Source: a virus (taxonomy: Duplodnaviria; Caudoviricetes). Taken from it: a stretch of 39,069 bases of DNA. A program made the translations under genes and the position numbers. The stretch lies in IMG/VR virus record IMGVR_UViG_3300048599_000766, positions 1 to 39,069 of that record; one strand, 5' to 3'. Each line of letters starts with the position of its first letter. The stretch's first letter is position 1. The notes under the pieces are model-generated. The model was given only the letters and a program-made list of their open reading frames with translations. It did no database searches and was not told the DNA's origin. This document shows positions 25,041 through 33,987 of the stretch, piece by piece.

Positions 25041-26289
25041 CGGCCACCTTCTCGCGATCGGCGCGCTCGAACGGCGCACCATCGGCCTCGCGCCGCGCCT
25101 TCTCCCCCGAGAAAGCCTCCCACCTCTGGACGGCGACGTCGACGTAGGCCGGGTTGAGCTCGATCGCCAGGCACCGACGCCCCGACATCTCGGCAGCGAC
25201 CAGCGATGTACCGCTGCCACAGAACGGCTCGTAGACCGCCTGGCCGGCGACGCTGTTGTTCAGCATCGGCCGCAGCATCGCCTCGACCGGCTTCTGGGTG
25301 CCGTGACCGTGGCCCGAGTCGTCGCGCGCCGCGATGTCCCAGCGCGTCGATTGCGATCGGTTGCCCTGCCAGTGGCTTCGGCGCCCCTTGCGGACGGCGT
25401 ACCAGCACGGCTCGTGTTGCCAGTGGTAGTCGCCGCGCGACAGCGCGAAACGGTCCTTCACCCAAATGATCTGCGCGCGGATCTCGAAGCCTGACGCGAT
25501 CAGGCTCGCCTCGACGACGCCAGCATGCCGGCCGGCGTGCCAGACGTACGCGACGTCGCCCGGGAACAGCGCCCACGCCTCGCGCCAGTCGGCGCGATCG
25601 TCGTTGTCGACGTGCCCGAGCTTGCCGGCGTTGAGATTGACGCCAGCTCGAGCTCGCCACTGGGGATCGTAGTTCACGCCGTAGGGCGGGTCGGTCACCA
25701 TCAGCATCGGCTTGGCGCCATCGAGCGCCTTCGTGACATCGCCGCCGATCGTACAATCGCCGCACACCAGGCGATGGTGTCCCAGGATCCACAGGTCGCC
25801 CGGCTGGGTGAACGGCACCGCCGGCAGCTCCGGGACGGCGTTCTCGTCGGTGAGCCCACGCTTGAGGTTCGCCTTGGCGATCAGCTCGTCCACCTCGGTC
25901 GCGTCGAAGCCCGTCAGCCCGAGCTCGAAGCCGGCGTCACGCAGATCGCCCAGCTCTAGCGTCAGCAGCCCTTCGTCCCAGCCGGCGTTCAAAGCAAGCT
26001 TGTTGTCAGCGATGACGTAGGCGCGCTTCTTCGCCTCGGTCCAAGCGGTCGCGACGATGCAGGGCACTTCCATGAGCCCGAGCCGCTGCGCCGCGAGCAC
26101 CCGCGCATGGCCCGCGATGATCTCTCCCGCGCTGTCGATTAACACCGGAAAAGTCCAGCCCCATTCCTGGATGCTGGCCGCGACCTGGGCCACCTGGGCA
26201 TCGCTGTGCGTCCGAGCATTGCGCGGGAAAGGCTTCAGGGCGGCCACAGGGCGGCGTTCAACGTGGTCTGCCGGCCAGGTTGCGGTCAT
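24961..26289 (-). CDS. ParB-like domain fused to an N6/N4 DNA methyltransferase (beta class)
   Basis: LKPFPRNARTH...IIAGHAR...IADNKL ParB domain; HRLVCGD, catalytic DPPY, HGTQKPV, SAM-binding EPFCGSG. Confidence 0.94.
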   Translation of the reverse strand: MTATWPADHVERRPVAALKPFPRNARTHSDAQVAQVAASIQEWGWTFPVLIDSAGEIIAGHARVLAAQRLGLMEVPCIVATAWTEAKKRAYVIADNKLALNAGWDEGLLTLELGDLRDAGFELGLTGFDATEVDELIAKANLKRGLTDENAVPELPAVPFTQPGDLWILGHHRLVCGDCTIGGDVTKALDGAKPMLMVTDPPYGVNYDPQWRARAGVNLNAGKLGHVDNDDRADWREAWALFPGDVAYVWHAGRHAGVVEASLIASGFEIRAQIIWVKDRFALSRGDYHWQHEPCWYAVRKGRRSHWQGNRSQSTRWDIAARDDSGHGHGTQKPVEAMLRPMLNNSVAGQAVYEPFCGSGTSLVAAEMSGRRCLAIELNPAYVDVAVQRWEAFSGEKARREADGAPFERADREKVADEARDEAAAAAAEAAPRQPARSRAAR

Positions 26290-26325
26290 GGGGCCCTCCC
26301 GGGCGAAGGCGCCGTACGGCCAAAT

Positions 26326-26419
26326 TTATCGCCCCCCTAGCGATAACTTGCCGGTGCGCGTCTGGGGCGGTACGGCGCGGTCTGTCTGTCCGGCTGGTTA
26401 CACGACCTGCCCCCCTAGC
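26326..26419. other. Putative cos packaging site region
   Basis: Intergenic gap directly after HNH; 11-bp direct repeat GCCCCCCTAGC at 26331-26341 and 26409-26419; inverted repeat TTATCGC/GCGATAA at 26326-26346. Confidence 0.55.
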
Positions 26420-26424
26420 TTCTC

Positions 26425-26757
26425 TCAGCGAGGCCGGGCGAAGCCCTGATCGCGCGCCGTACGAGCCGAGTGGTGCGGGTGGCAGAACGAGCGGAGGTTG
26501 GACCAGGCAAGCCTGAGCTCAGGATGGTGGCGCACGCTCAGCAGGTGATCGACGTCAGTCGCTGCTCGGTAACATCCGGGCTGCGAACACAGAGGGTAGT
26601 GCTTCAGGTACACGGCCCGCAGGCGTTGCCAGTCAGCGTCATAGCCGCGCGCAGCAGCGCCTTCGCGCTGCTGATCGAGCGCGGCCTTGCGGTGCCGCTC
26701 GCGGTCAGCGCGTGAGCGGTGCCACGGCACGCGGTGAAGCGATGGCCGCTGCGGCAT
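26425..26757 (-). CDS. HNH endonuclease, terminase-associated (HK97 gp74-like, 110 aa)
   Basis: Start MPQRP; RGYDADWQRLR, C...GC, VDH, NLRSFCHPHHSART. Confidence 0.92.
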   Translation of the reverse strand: MPQRPSLHRVPWHRSRADRERHRKAALDQQREGAAARGYDADWQRLRAVYLKHYPLCSQPGCYRAATDVDHLLSVRHHPELRLAWSNLRSFCHPHHSARTARDQGFARPR

Positions 26758-27334
26758 GGGACGCTTGAGGATGGTGGGTTGCTGCGGAGCTGCGTTCCGG
26801 ACACAGCTCGACAAATGAGAGTGTAGTCAACTCCTTCGCCGATGCCTTTGTCAAGCTATCGGCGCGCCACTCGTCGCGGTGCTTGCACCAAAGATCGAGT
26901 GCACGAATGAACCTGGGCAAGTCGGCCGCGGTCAGGTAGCGCTCGTCTTGCACCCACTCCATGACCACGTGACCGCGAAGGCGAAGGCGTCGCTGCAGCT
27001 CTGGCGCCCACGTCAGGTAGATCGCGATCATGCGGGCTTCGCGCACCGACATCGACAGGAAGCGGTCCCAGCCTCGATGCGCAAGCACGGCCTCGGGCGA
27101 TGCTGCGCGGTAACCGAGCGTGCGCGTGAGCGCTTCGAACGCTTCGGCGACATCGATGCCAGCCTCGAATTGCTCGGCGCTGATGCCTTGGGCCTCGGGC
27201 CCGCGGTCGAGCAGCACCATCATGGTCCAGGGCCGCTTCTTTGCCTCGGCCAGCGGTGACGGCTTGACGCGCTCTGAGCGGTCGACTGCGCGCCGGCGCT
27301 TGGCAGCGCGCCGCTGGGCTCGTGACTTCGACAT
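26705..27334 (-). CDS. Hypothetical protein in the late-regulator (Q-like) position, possibly DUF6456-related
   Basis: Strong RBS; LLDRG...ISAEQFEAG motif; last gene before the HNH/packaging block. Confidence 0.5.
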   Translation of the reverse strand: MSKSRAQRRAAKRRRAVDRSERVKPSPLAEAKKRPWTMMVLLDRGPEAQGISAEQFEAGIDVAEAFEALTRTLGYRAASPEAVLAHRGWDRFLSMSVREARMIAIYLTWAPELQRRLRLRGHVVMEWVQDERYLTAADLPRFIRALDLWCKHRDEWRADSLTKASAKELTTLSFVELCPERSSAATHHPQASHAAAAIASPRAVAPLTR

Positions 27335-27544
27335 TCACTCTTCTCCTTGATGCACCTGGCGGGCGTCCGTGACAGCCGTATTCCAGGCAAAATTGATGCG
27401 GTCGGACCGCGCGCTCGCGGTGGTGAGGCGGCACTCGAGACAGCGCACTCGTATGAGGCGACCCTTGCGCGGGCCCCGCTCGACGACCGGCAACGGGTCG
27501 CGTGTGCTGCCGCACGGACACGGGAGGCGAAGCGGCTGCTTCAT
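27335..27544 (-). CDS. Lar-like (restriction alleviation) zinc-finger protein (69 aa)
   Basis: LPCPCGS...VRCLEC...AWNT pattern of the Lar family; ATGA coupling. Confidence 0.65.
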   Translation of the reverse strand: MKQPLRLPCPCGSTRDPLPVVERGPRKGRLIRVRCLECRLTTASARSDRINFAWNTAVTDARQVHQGEE

Positions 27545-27762
27545 GCATTGCCTCCGCGCTCGTTCGAGTAAGCAAGCAGGCCCTCCGTCGTCTTGGCCCC
27601 GTACAGGCGCTCGCCCAGCTGGCGGACCATCTCGCGCTCAGGCCAGGTCAGCCGTTCGTCGTCGATCTGGATCACAAGCACGCCCTCCACGTGCCATCCC
27701 TGCTTCTTGATGGATTCGGGCGACAAGCGGTCTCCACCGAAGCCCCTTGGCGCCCACCTCAT
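27541..27762 (-). CDS. Conserved-looking small phage protein (73 aa)
   Basis: ATGA-coupled on both sides; GW...GVLV...DD.RL.WPEREMVRQLGERLYG. Confidence 0.75.
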   Translation of the reverse strand: MRWAPRGFGGDRLSPESIKKQGWHVEGVLVIQIDDERLTWPEREMVRQLGERLYGAKTTEGLLAYSNERGGNA

Positions 27763-28016
27763 CGGGAGACCTCATGCAAAACGGCGGCGTACCCGGCGAT
27801 ATCGAGAAGGGAATCCTCGTGGCTGGGATCGTGCTTCAAGCGCTCCAGCTTGAGGTCGATCATGCAGAGCGCCACTTGCGCGGCTGTCACGGGATGGCCA
27901 AGGGTGAGCGACCAGCGCTGGGCGATTGCCTCCATGCTCTGGCCCGCGTTCCCGTACGCCCTGCCTCGGTCCGCCACGACAGTCGCGGCATGCCGCAACA
28001 TCGACAGCGCGCTCAT
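27759..28016 (-). CDS. DUF6378 protein (85 aa)
   Basis: DRGRAYG, IAQRWS, VALCMIDLKLER, HEDSLLDIAGYA. Confidence 0.85.
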   Translation of the reverse strand: MSALSMLRHAATVVADRGRAYGNAGQSMEAIAQRWSLTLGHPVTAAQVALCMIDLKLERLKHDPSHEDSLLDIAGYAAVLHEVSR

Positions 28017-28543
28017 CGCAAGCCTCCGCCGGTCTCAAGCGCCCAGAGCAGGATCGCGATGGCGTCGGCCTCGTTGTCGTCGCTCGGACTGTACCCACGA
28101 GCACGTATCGCATCGATCACGGCTGCCTTGTCGGCGTTGCCCTTGCCGGCGATGAAGCGCTTCATGGTTCCGACAGGCACGCCTTGGTAGGCAATCGATC
28201 GTTGCTCGCACCAGGCGGTCAGCGTGGCGAGCAGACCGCCGTGCACATGCGCAGCGTCGGTGCTGAGATGCCGCCGGACCTCCTCGAAATGGATGGCCGC
28301 GATGTCGGGCATGTCGTCCGCAACGCCTTCGAGCCAGCCCCGGAAGCGCAGGTAGCGCATGCCGCCGCCGTCGTAGCGGCTGGGCTTGAATGACACCGTC
28401 CCGCTGGTGATTGCCCCGTCCGGCAACGACAGCGCCCAACCGGTCGACGTGCCGAGGTCGAGCGCGAGCATCGACCTTGTCACGAGACCAGCCACCGGCT
28501 GGCCGGACGCCGACGGTACCGGCGTGTTCGTTGAGAGGATCAT
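28013..28543 (-). CDS. RuvC-like Holliday junction resolvase (phage type)
   Basis: LALDLG.STGWA, FEEV, GKGNADK, DDNEADAIA acidic catalytic motifs. Confidence 0.88.
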   Translation of the reverse strand: MILSTNTPVPSASGQPVAGLVTRSMLALDLGTSTGWALSLPDGAITSGTVSFKPSRYDGGGMRYLRFRGWLEGVADDMPDIAAIHFEEVRRHLSTDAAHVHGGLLATLTAWCEQRSIAYQGVPVGTMKRFIAGKGNADKAAVIDAIRARGYSPSDDNEADAIAILLWALETGGGLR

Positions 28544-28705
28544 CTTGAAGGCTCACGAGAAGTGGGCCTTCGGCTTCGGTCGAAATGCTTTACGCAGAGA
28601 ATGACGTCGCATCAATTGGAGTGCGGGTTTGTGCGGGCGATTGCGGAGATGTCAGGTCTCGCAGGCGGAGGCCTGCACCAACCCTAGTCGGCAAATGGAG
28701 GGTTT

Positions 28706-28933
28706 GGTGACACGGGTTCATCCAATGAATTCATAAGCTTGACCCCATTTGTCACCGACTTCCGTGTCACCAACGGGGGTCAAACACTTTTCTATAGGAG
28801 GGAGTCCATTAGGCTAAAGGTGTTTTATCCCCCCACATATGCCTCTTATATCCGTTGGTGACGTTGGTGACATTGGTGACAACGTTGATTTCGTTGAGCT
28901 TCTTGTGTCACCGACGTGAGACGTGTCACCGAC
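28706..28933. repeat. GGTGAC/GTCACC iteron cluster, putative replication origin
   Basis: Eight copies at 28706, 28750, 28765, 28857, 28866, 28875, 28906, 28924 in both orientations, with an AT-rich stretch at about 28780-28850; non-coding DNA just after the primase-helicase. Confidence 0.7.
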
Positions 28934-28959
28934 CTCGCTGGATAGGTTGATGACACCGG

Positions 28960-28987
28960 ACAATATAAAGGGGCCCAAAGGCCCCTT
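28960..28987 (-). terminator. Putative intrinsic terminator after the primase gene
   Basis: Minus strand AAGGGGCC-TTTG-GGCCCCTT-TATATTG, 15 nt after the stop. Confidence 0.5.
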
Positions 28988-29002
28988 CTGCGTAACGACG
29001 CT

Positions 29003-31531
29003 TCAACGTCGATATCGCCACTCTCGCCTGACTTCCGTCCGAGCCTGATACCGTCGCCAGCCATTGGCCTTCAGCCAAGCCGACACCCGCATCTGGTCAG
29101 CTCGGGACCACCGGGCGGGTTCGATCCCAATCGCATCCGCGAGGACTTCTCCGACCGACACGTCAACAAGCGGAGCGCGCCGCTCGATTTCTTCTTCCTG
29201 CCAGTCGTCATACCCAGCATAGCCGCGATTGACGCGCCGACGCTCCCACCCGATCCAGCGCTCAATCAGGCTGTCCCAGGCGTCGGCCTGCATGCGCTCC
29301 GCCTGGGCAGCGTCGGCCATCGCGACGAGTTCCGGATCCTGTAGCCACCAGATGGCACCGTTGCGGAAGCGCGCGAGGGCCTCGGCCCACAGCTGATTGC
29401 GATCCCGTCGCAGCGCGTCCAGGTCGATCGTGCCGCAGCGCAGGGGCCAAAAGCGGCGGTTACCGGTCTCGTCTCGGAGGTAAGTGTCGGGATTGACGCT
29501 GCCGGCGAACACACACTGGCGCGGCACGTCGACGACGTAGCGTTCATACGGCGGCCGGTAACGATCGACAGTGCGCGACAGGAACGCCTTGATGCGTGAG
29601 ACCTCGGCGCGGCTGATGGCGTCCAACTCGGCGATCTCGATGACCCACACGCCGCGCATTTGCTGGGCCGCGTCCTTGCTGCCGATCTCGGCAAGCTCGT
29701 CAGTGAACCACTCCTCACCGGCCAGCACCTTCAACGCTGTCGACTTCCTGGCGCCCTGCGGCCCCTCCAGAATGAGCATGTGGTCGGCCTTGGCACCCGG
29801 CCGCATGACACGGGCCACCGCAGAGATCATCCACAGAGCGGCGAAGGCGCGGTTCACGGGCGTGTCGTCGGCGCCGAGATGGGTCACGGCCCAGCGATCG
29901 AGACGGGCGATGCTATCCCATGCCAGGCCATTCAGGTAATCGCGGACGGGATGAATACGCACATCGCGCGCCACGGCCATGACGCTGCGGCTGACCACGA
30001 CGGGTGTCACGTTGATCTCGCGCCGCTGCAGCCATTCGGCACAGCGCACGTCATCCGCAACGGTCCAAGGGCGCAGCAGCGGCAGGGACTGGTCGTCCCA
30101 GGGCAGCTCCCGGGCCACCACGATCTCCTGCCGGAACTCGTTGAACACGAGCGTGCCGGCGAACTGTTCGTCACAACTGAGCGCAGTGATGACGTTGGCT
30201 TCGTTGCGCTCAGGCGTGCCCGCCAGGTCCAAACGCAGCCGATGAGCCCACCGCGGGCGGATCGGCCGATGATGGATGTCGCCCGTGCTGTTCAGTCGCC
30301 GGCGCAGCTCGCCTACCTGTTTCTCCAGGATCGACACGGAGATACCCGTGGCCGTCTTGATCGCTGCGAGAACCTGGCGCTCCGGCAGGGGATCAAGATG
30401 CGCGGTGACCATTTGCCCGAGCAAGGCGCCCAGCGCAGCTACGTCCGGAGGCCTCCTCAGCTGACCTGCAGCCGCCTGGAACTCCGCAGTGGTGGTCGGG
30501 ACGGTTGCCGAGATAACCGCTTCGGTTTGCACCTTGGCCGGATAGTCGACGATCGTCGCGCCACGACGCAGGTCGTCGTTGAAGTCGTCGCCGTGCAGCG
30601 GCAGCACGATGCGGTTTGGAATATTGGCGAGGCTCAGCCGGTCTGCCAGCGTCCCCGCAGCCTGATGCCCCACGTCGCCCGCATCGGCGAATATGCTTAC
30701 GCGCGTGATGCCCGCCGGCCACTGCCAGCGCCGCAATCCATCGGCTGACAGGGCCGCCCAGGTCGGCACGCCGAAGATCGACTGCGCCGCCAGTGCTGTC
30801 TCGATGCCCTCGGCGATGCCGAGGTACCCATCCTCCCGCAACGCCGACAACCGGACGGAGCCGCCGGCGACCGCCGCCAGCATCTTCTTGCCCGGTGGCG
30901 CCTTGTCCGAGCCGTCCTCGAGCAGAAACGTGCGGTGAATGCCTCCTGTCGGCTCGCCGGCGCCATCGCGCACGACGGCAACCATGCCGGGCCAGCCGCG
31001 CCTGCTCTCGTAGTCCGTCAGATCTTCATGGAACAGCAGGTCGGGAGAAGCAGGATCCTGCAGACCGCGGCTCTGCAAGTACGTCTCTGCAACAGTCCCG
31101 GCGAGCGGGTGGCAGCCTTCGAGGATGCGTGCCACTTCGCGCGAGTGGTCCCGCTTTCGTGCCATGGCCAGCGCGACGCGCGGAGGCGAAGGCCGATCGA
31201 GCCGCGCCAGGCGAGCCGCTTCTTCGAATAGCGCGCGGTCCGACAGGCCGGTCGCGTAGTGGACGAGGTCGATCGGACCGGCAGATTCGCCAGTAGCATG
31301 ATCGTAGCCCCAGCCTGCCCGCGGGCCACGCAGGTGGATGATGCAGGAACCATCCTTCTGCGGCGGCCGGCCCGACAAATCGGCACAGCGGAGTGCCTTC
31401 CTGTCAGACGTCCAGCGTGCATCGGGATAAAGGTCCGGCAACCAATCAGCCGCCGTGGCCGTCAGCCGCTCGCGGACCTGCGCAAGATCGATGCGTGCCG
31501 GCGGCTGCCACACATCGTTCAGGTCGATCAT
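29003..31531 (-). CDS. Primase-helicase: Toprim primase + virulence-associated E (VapE)-type P-loop domain (842 aa)
   Basis: Start MIDLND (ATGA overlap); ETYLQSRGL, GIHRTFL, AEGIETALA, DFND Toprim motifs; Walker A GPQGARKST, EIAEL, YRPPY, DETGNRRFWP. Confidence 0.93.
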   Translation of the reverse strand: MIDLNDVWQPPARIDLAQVRERLTATAADWLPDLYPDARWTSDRKALRCADLSGRPPQKDGSCIIHLRGPRAGWGYDHATGESAGPIDLVHYATGLSDRALFEEAARLARLDRPSPPRVALAMARKRDHSREVARILEGCHPLAGTVAETYLQSRGLQDPASPDLLFHEDLTDYESRRGWPGMVAVVRDGAGEPTGGIHRTFLLEDGSDKAPPGKKMLAAVAGGSVRLSALREDGYLGIAEGIETALAAQSIFGVPTWAALSADGLRRWQWPAGITRVSIFADAGDVGHQAAGTLADRLSLANIPNRIVLPLHGDDFNDDLRRGATIVDYPAKVQTEAVISATVPTTTAEFQAAAGQLRRPPDVAALGALLGQMVTAHLDPLPERQVLAAIKTATGISVSILEKQVGELRRRLNSTGDIHHRPIRPRWAHRLRLDLAGTPERNEANVITALSCDEQFAGTLVFNEFRQEIVVARELPWDDQSLPLLRPWTVADDVRCAEWLQRREINVTPVVVSRSVMAVARDVRIHPVRDYLNGLAWDSIARLDRWAVTHLGADDTPVNRAFAALWMISAVARVMRPGAKADHMLILEGPQGARKSTALKVLAGEEWFTDELAEIGSKDAAQQMRGVWVIEIAELDAISRAEVSRIKAFLSRTVDRYRPPYERYVVDVPRQCVFAGSVNPDTYLRDETGNRRFWPLRCGTIDLDALRRDRNQLWAEALARFRNGAIWWLQDPELVAMADAAQAERMQADAWDSLIERWIGWERRRVNRGYAGYDDWQEEEIERRAPLVDVSVGEVLADAIGIEPARWSRADQMRVSAWLKANGWRRYQARTEVRREWRYRR

Positions 31532-32847
31532 GCGAGGATTACCAGGCCCTGCTCGGCCCGCGTGATCACCGTATATAACCAGCGGCGCCGATCCTCTTCC
31601 GTACGGCCAAGGCCATCGTCCCAAACCACAACGTTTTCCCATTGTGAGCCCTGGGATTTGTGCCCTGTGATCGCCCAGCCGAACGTCGCCTCGACGAGGT
31701 GTCGCTTCTCCTTCCAGTCCCGGTCATGACGATTGCGATCAAATGCGACGTGGTCCTCGAAGTGCCCCTTGTAAAGTCGCAGCCGTCCCTTCTCGCCGTT
31801 CACGCCGGGCGGGCCGATCCGATTGCCCTCCTCGTCCGTCACCTGGGCCGAGAAGAAGAGGCTGCCTTCGTCGACGACTTCGTCGAGGGTCACGAACATG
31901 CCGTTGATCAGGCCGAGGTCGTTCTGATTCTTGAGACAGATGATCTTCTCGCTGGGGCCCGTCGGCAACCAAGTGCCACCGAAGCCCGCTGCTGCGCGCA
32001 TCGCGGTGTTGAGCTGCAGCCTGGTCGCGTTCTTGCCGCAGATGACCTGCCCTCCCCGCAGGGCCTGCTCCGGTGTCACGTCCATCTTGCGCATCTTCCA
32101 GACGTGCGCATCGTGACAACCGAAGCCGATGGGTTCCCCCTGTCGAGCCATTGTGGCGAGTCGAATGATGGCGCTCTCGCCGGCCTGCCGGTGGATTTCT
32201 GTCAGCATCACGTCCGGTGGGTCGCGCGTGAAGGCACCTTCTCCATGGATCGGCGGCAACTGACCGGGGTCGCCCAGCACCAGGATCGGCTTTTTGAAGC
32301 TCAGCAGGTCGCGTGCCATCTCCTCGCCTACCATCGAGACCTCGTCGAGAACGATCAGCCGGGCATGCGCCGCATCGCTCTGTGGGTTCAAAGCAAAGCT
32401 CGGCTTCTTCATCCCGGACAGAGCCAGGCGCATAGCTTCGATCCCAGCTTCTGCGGCCGTCCTGTCGAAGCCGGTGAGCGTCCGCGCCTTCTTCTCGGCC
32501 TCCTCGATCTTCTCGACGGCGGCGGCCACTTCCTCTTCGGTGGCGGCGATGACGCTGTAGATCAGGCTATGGATGGTCTGGGCGGGCGTTCCCTTACGCC
32601 GCAGGACGAGGGCCGCCTTGCCGGTGAACGTCGCGGTCACGACGCCCGGCACGCACGACCCACCGGTGCGATCGCTGCGATGCGGGTCGAGCCCCAGCTC
32701 ATCCAAGGCGAACTTCAAGACGGTGGACTTCCCGGTGCCGGCGTAGCCAAACAGCCGAAACACCTGCTGCTCGTGCGAGCGGTTTCGGAACCAGTCACCG
32801 ATCGCAGCGATAGCGCGGGCTTGTGTGTCAGAGGGAGTTACGGTCAT
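31528..32847 (-). CDS. RecD/Dda-like SF1B helicase (439 aa)
   Basis: Start MTVTPS; GYAGTGKS, DEVSMV, GDPGQLPP, HRQ, AITGHKSQGSQW, YTVITRA. Confidence 0.93.
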   Translation of the reverse strand: MTVTPSDTQARAIAAIGDWFRNRSHEQQVFRLFGYAGTGKSTVLKFALDELGLDPHRSDRTGGSCVPGVVTATFTGKAALVLRRKGTPAQTIHSLIYSVIAATEEEVAAAVEKIEEAEKKARTLTGFDRTAAEAGIEAMRLALSGMKKPSFALNPQSDAAHARLIVLDEVSMVGEEMARDLLSFKKPILVLGDPGQLPPIHGEGAFTRDPPDVMLTEIHRQAGESAIIRLATMARQGEPIGFGCHDAHVWKMRKMDVTPEQALRGGQVICGKNATRLQLNTAMRAAAGFGGTWLPTGPSEKIICLKNQNDLGLINGMFVTLDEVVDEGSLFFSAQVTDEEGNRIGPPGVNGEKGRLRLYKGHFEDHVAFDRNRHDRDWKEKRHLVEATFGWAITGHKSQGSQWENVVVWDDGLGRTEEDRRRWLYTVITRAEQGLVILA

Positions 32848-33608
32848 GCCGGATCTCCCCAGCAGCGTCGTGCATAGGGGCACCAGCGACAGAGATAGAA
32901 GTCGGGACTAGCCGCAATTCGCGGTGGCAGCTCGCCGATCTCGGCGGCCCGGATTACCTCGACGGCCTTGTCCGACAGAACCTGGGCGACGGCCACATCG
33001 AGCGCTGCGAACTCATGATGGAGTTCCTGACTATCCTTGTTCAGCACTGTTAACAGGGCGGCCTCCAACTCCATGTAGGCCATGTAGAGCTGCAGTTGGG
33101 CGAAATAGATGGGCTTGGAAAGCCTTACGCCCCGCCGCACCGTGTCGGACCAGGACTTCGCATTCAGTGCCTTGTGTTCCCACAAGACTGGCCAGGCGAC
33201 ACCGACATCCGGGCCACCAACGATGACGCCGTCGATGTGACCGCGAATGCGCCCGTTTGCAGCGGCGAAGCCGAACTGCTCGCCGTCACGGCGGTGTGTC
33301 CGCAGGTCGAAGCCCGCAGATCGCAACCAGCGAGTGGACAACGTCTCGAACTGGTGGCCGGCGTCGAAGATCCGCAGCGTACGGCCGTCGAACCCCTTTC
33401 CGATATCGACGTCGGCATGGGCGTATTCATAAGCCAGCTTGCGTGCACAGGGCTCGCCAATGCGACTGCCGCCCAGGTAGTCCCTTGGAGCCTGCTGTCG
33501 ATTGCGGTCGATCAGCGCCGCGTCGATCAAAGCGTTGATGCGATCGCCTACCGGCAGCAGGGATGACGTACCGTAGACGGCGTGAGAGCCATGGTTGAGG
33601 TCGAGCAT
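32844..33608 (-). CDS. Cas4-like PD-(D/E)xK exonuclease (254 aa)
   Basis: YLGGSRIG.PC, GH..E, GHIDG, WEHK, QLQLYM, CRWCPY...C Fe-S-type cysteines. Confidence 0.88.
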   Translation of the reverse strand: MLDLNHGSHAVYGTSSLLPVGDRINALIDAALIDRNRQQAPRDYLGGSRIGEPCARKLAYEYAHADVDIGKGFDGRTLRIFDAGHQFETLSTRWLRSAGFDLRTHRRDGEQFGFAAANGRIRGHIDGVIVGGPDVGVAWPVLWEHKALNAKSWSDTVRRGVRLSKPIYFAQLQLYMAYMELEAALLTVLNKDSQELHHEFAALDVAVAQVLSDKAVEVIRAAEIGELPPRIAASPDFYLCRWCPYARRCWGDPA

Positions 33609-33615
33609 GGCCGGC

Positions 33616-33987
33616 TCAAAACGGAATCGGATCGTCGAATGCCGTGCCGGTACGCTCCTTTACCGCGCCTTGGCGTTGCATGCTCTCGACGAAGCCGGTC
33701 ACGGCCGCTTCCAGCAGTTGTTCGATCTCCGATGCGGTGCGGTGGTAAAAGACGCCCATCAGGCCGAGCTTGGTCAGGGTCTCTGCGAACGGCTTGCGCG
33801 CGTCCTTCAGCGCCTGCACCTCGCGGGCTGTCTTGTCGATCATTCCATCGTTCTCCTTGGCCAGCGCAGCGCCTGCATCGAGGCAGCGCATCGAACAGAA
33901 GCGGTAGGAGGGAAAGCGGTCCCGTCGCAGGTGGTGCACGTAGCCGAAACCGCGCTCCTCACGTCCGCACCAGGCACACGGATTCAG
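33616..33987 (-). CDS. DUF6511-like protein with N-terminal CxxC...CxxxC zinc finger; start uncertain (CTG 33987 or ATG 33843)
   Basis: CAWCGREERGFGY...FCSMRC followed by MIDKT..E..AL and ending DDPIPF. Confidence 0.7.
   Translation of the reverse strand: MNPCAWCGREERGFGYVHHLRRDRFPSYRFCSMRCLDAGAALAKENDGMIDKTAREVQALKDARKPFAETLTKLGLMGVFYHRTASEIEQLLEAAVTGFVESMQRQGAVKERTGTAFDDPIPF

Noticed and set aside
28846-29064. 72-aa ORF with CHQCHQRH repeats
   Set aside because: Artefact of translating the 9-bp iteron repeats
31660-32877. 405-aa plus-strand ORF, and similar ones at 29660-30748 and 33595-34650
   Set aside because: Shadows opposite clear helicase, primase and SSB genes
32844-33608. Cas4-like gene as evidence of CRISPR-Cas
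   Set aside because: No cas1/cas2 or array; solo Cas4-like nucleases are common in phage recombination modules
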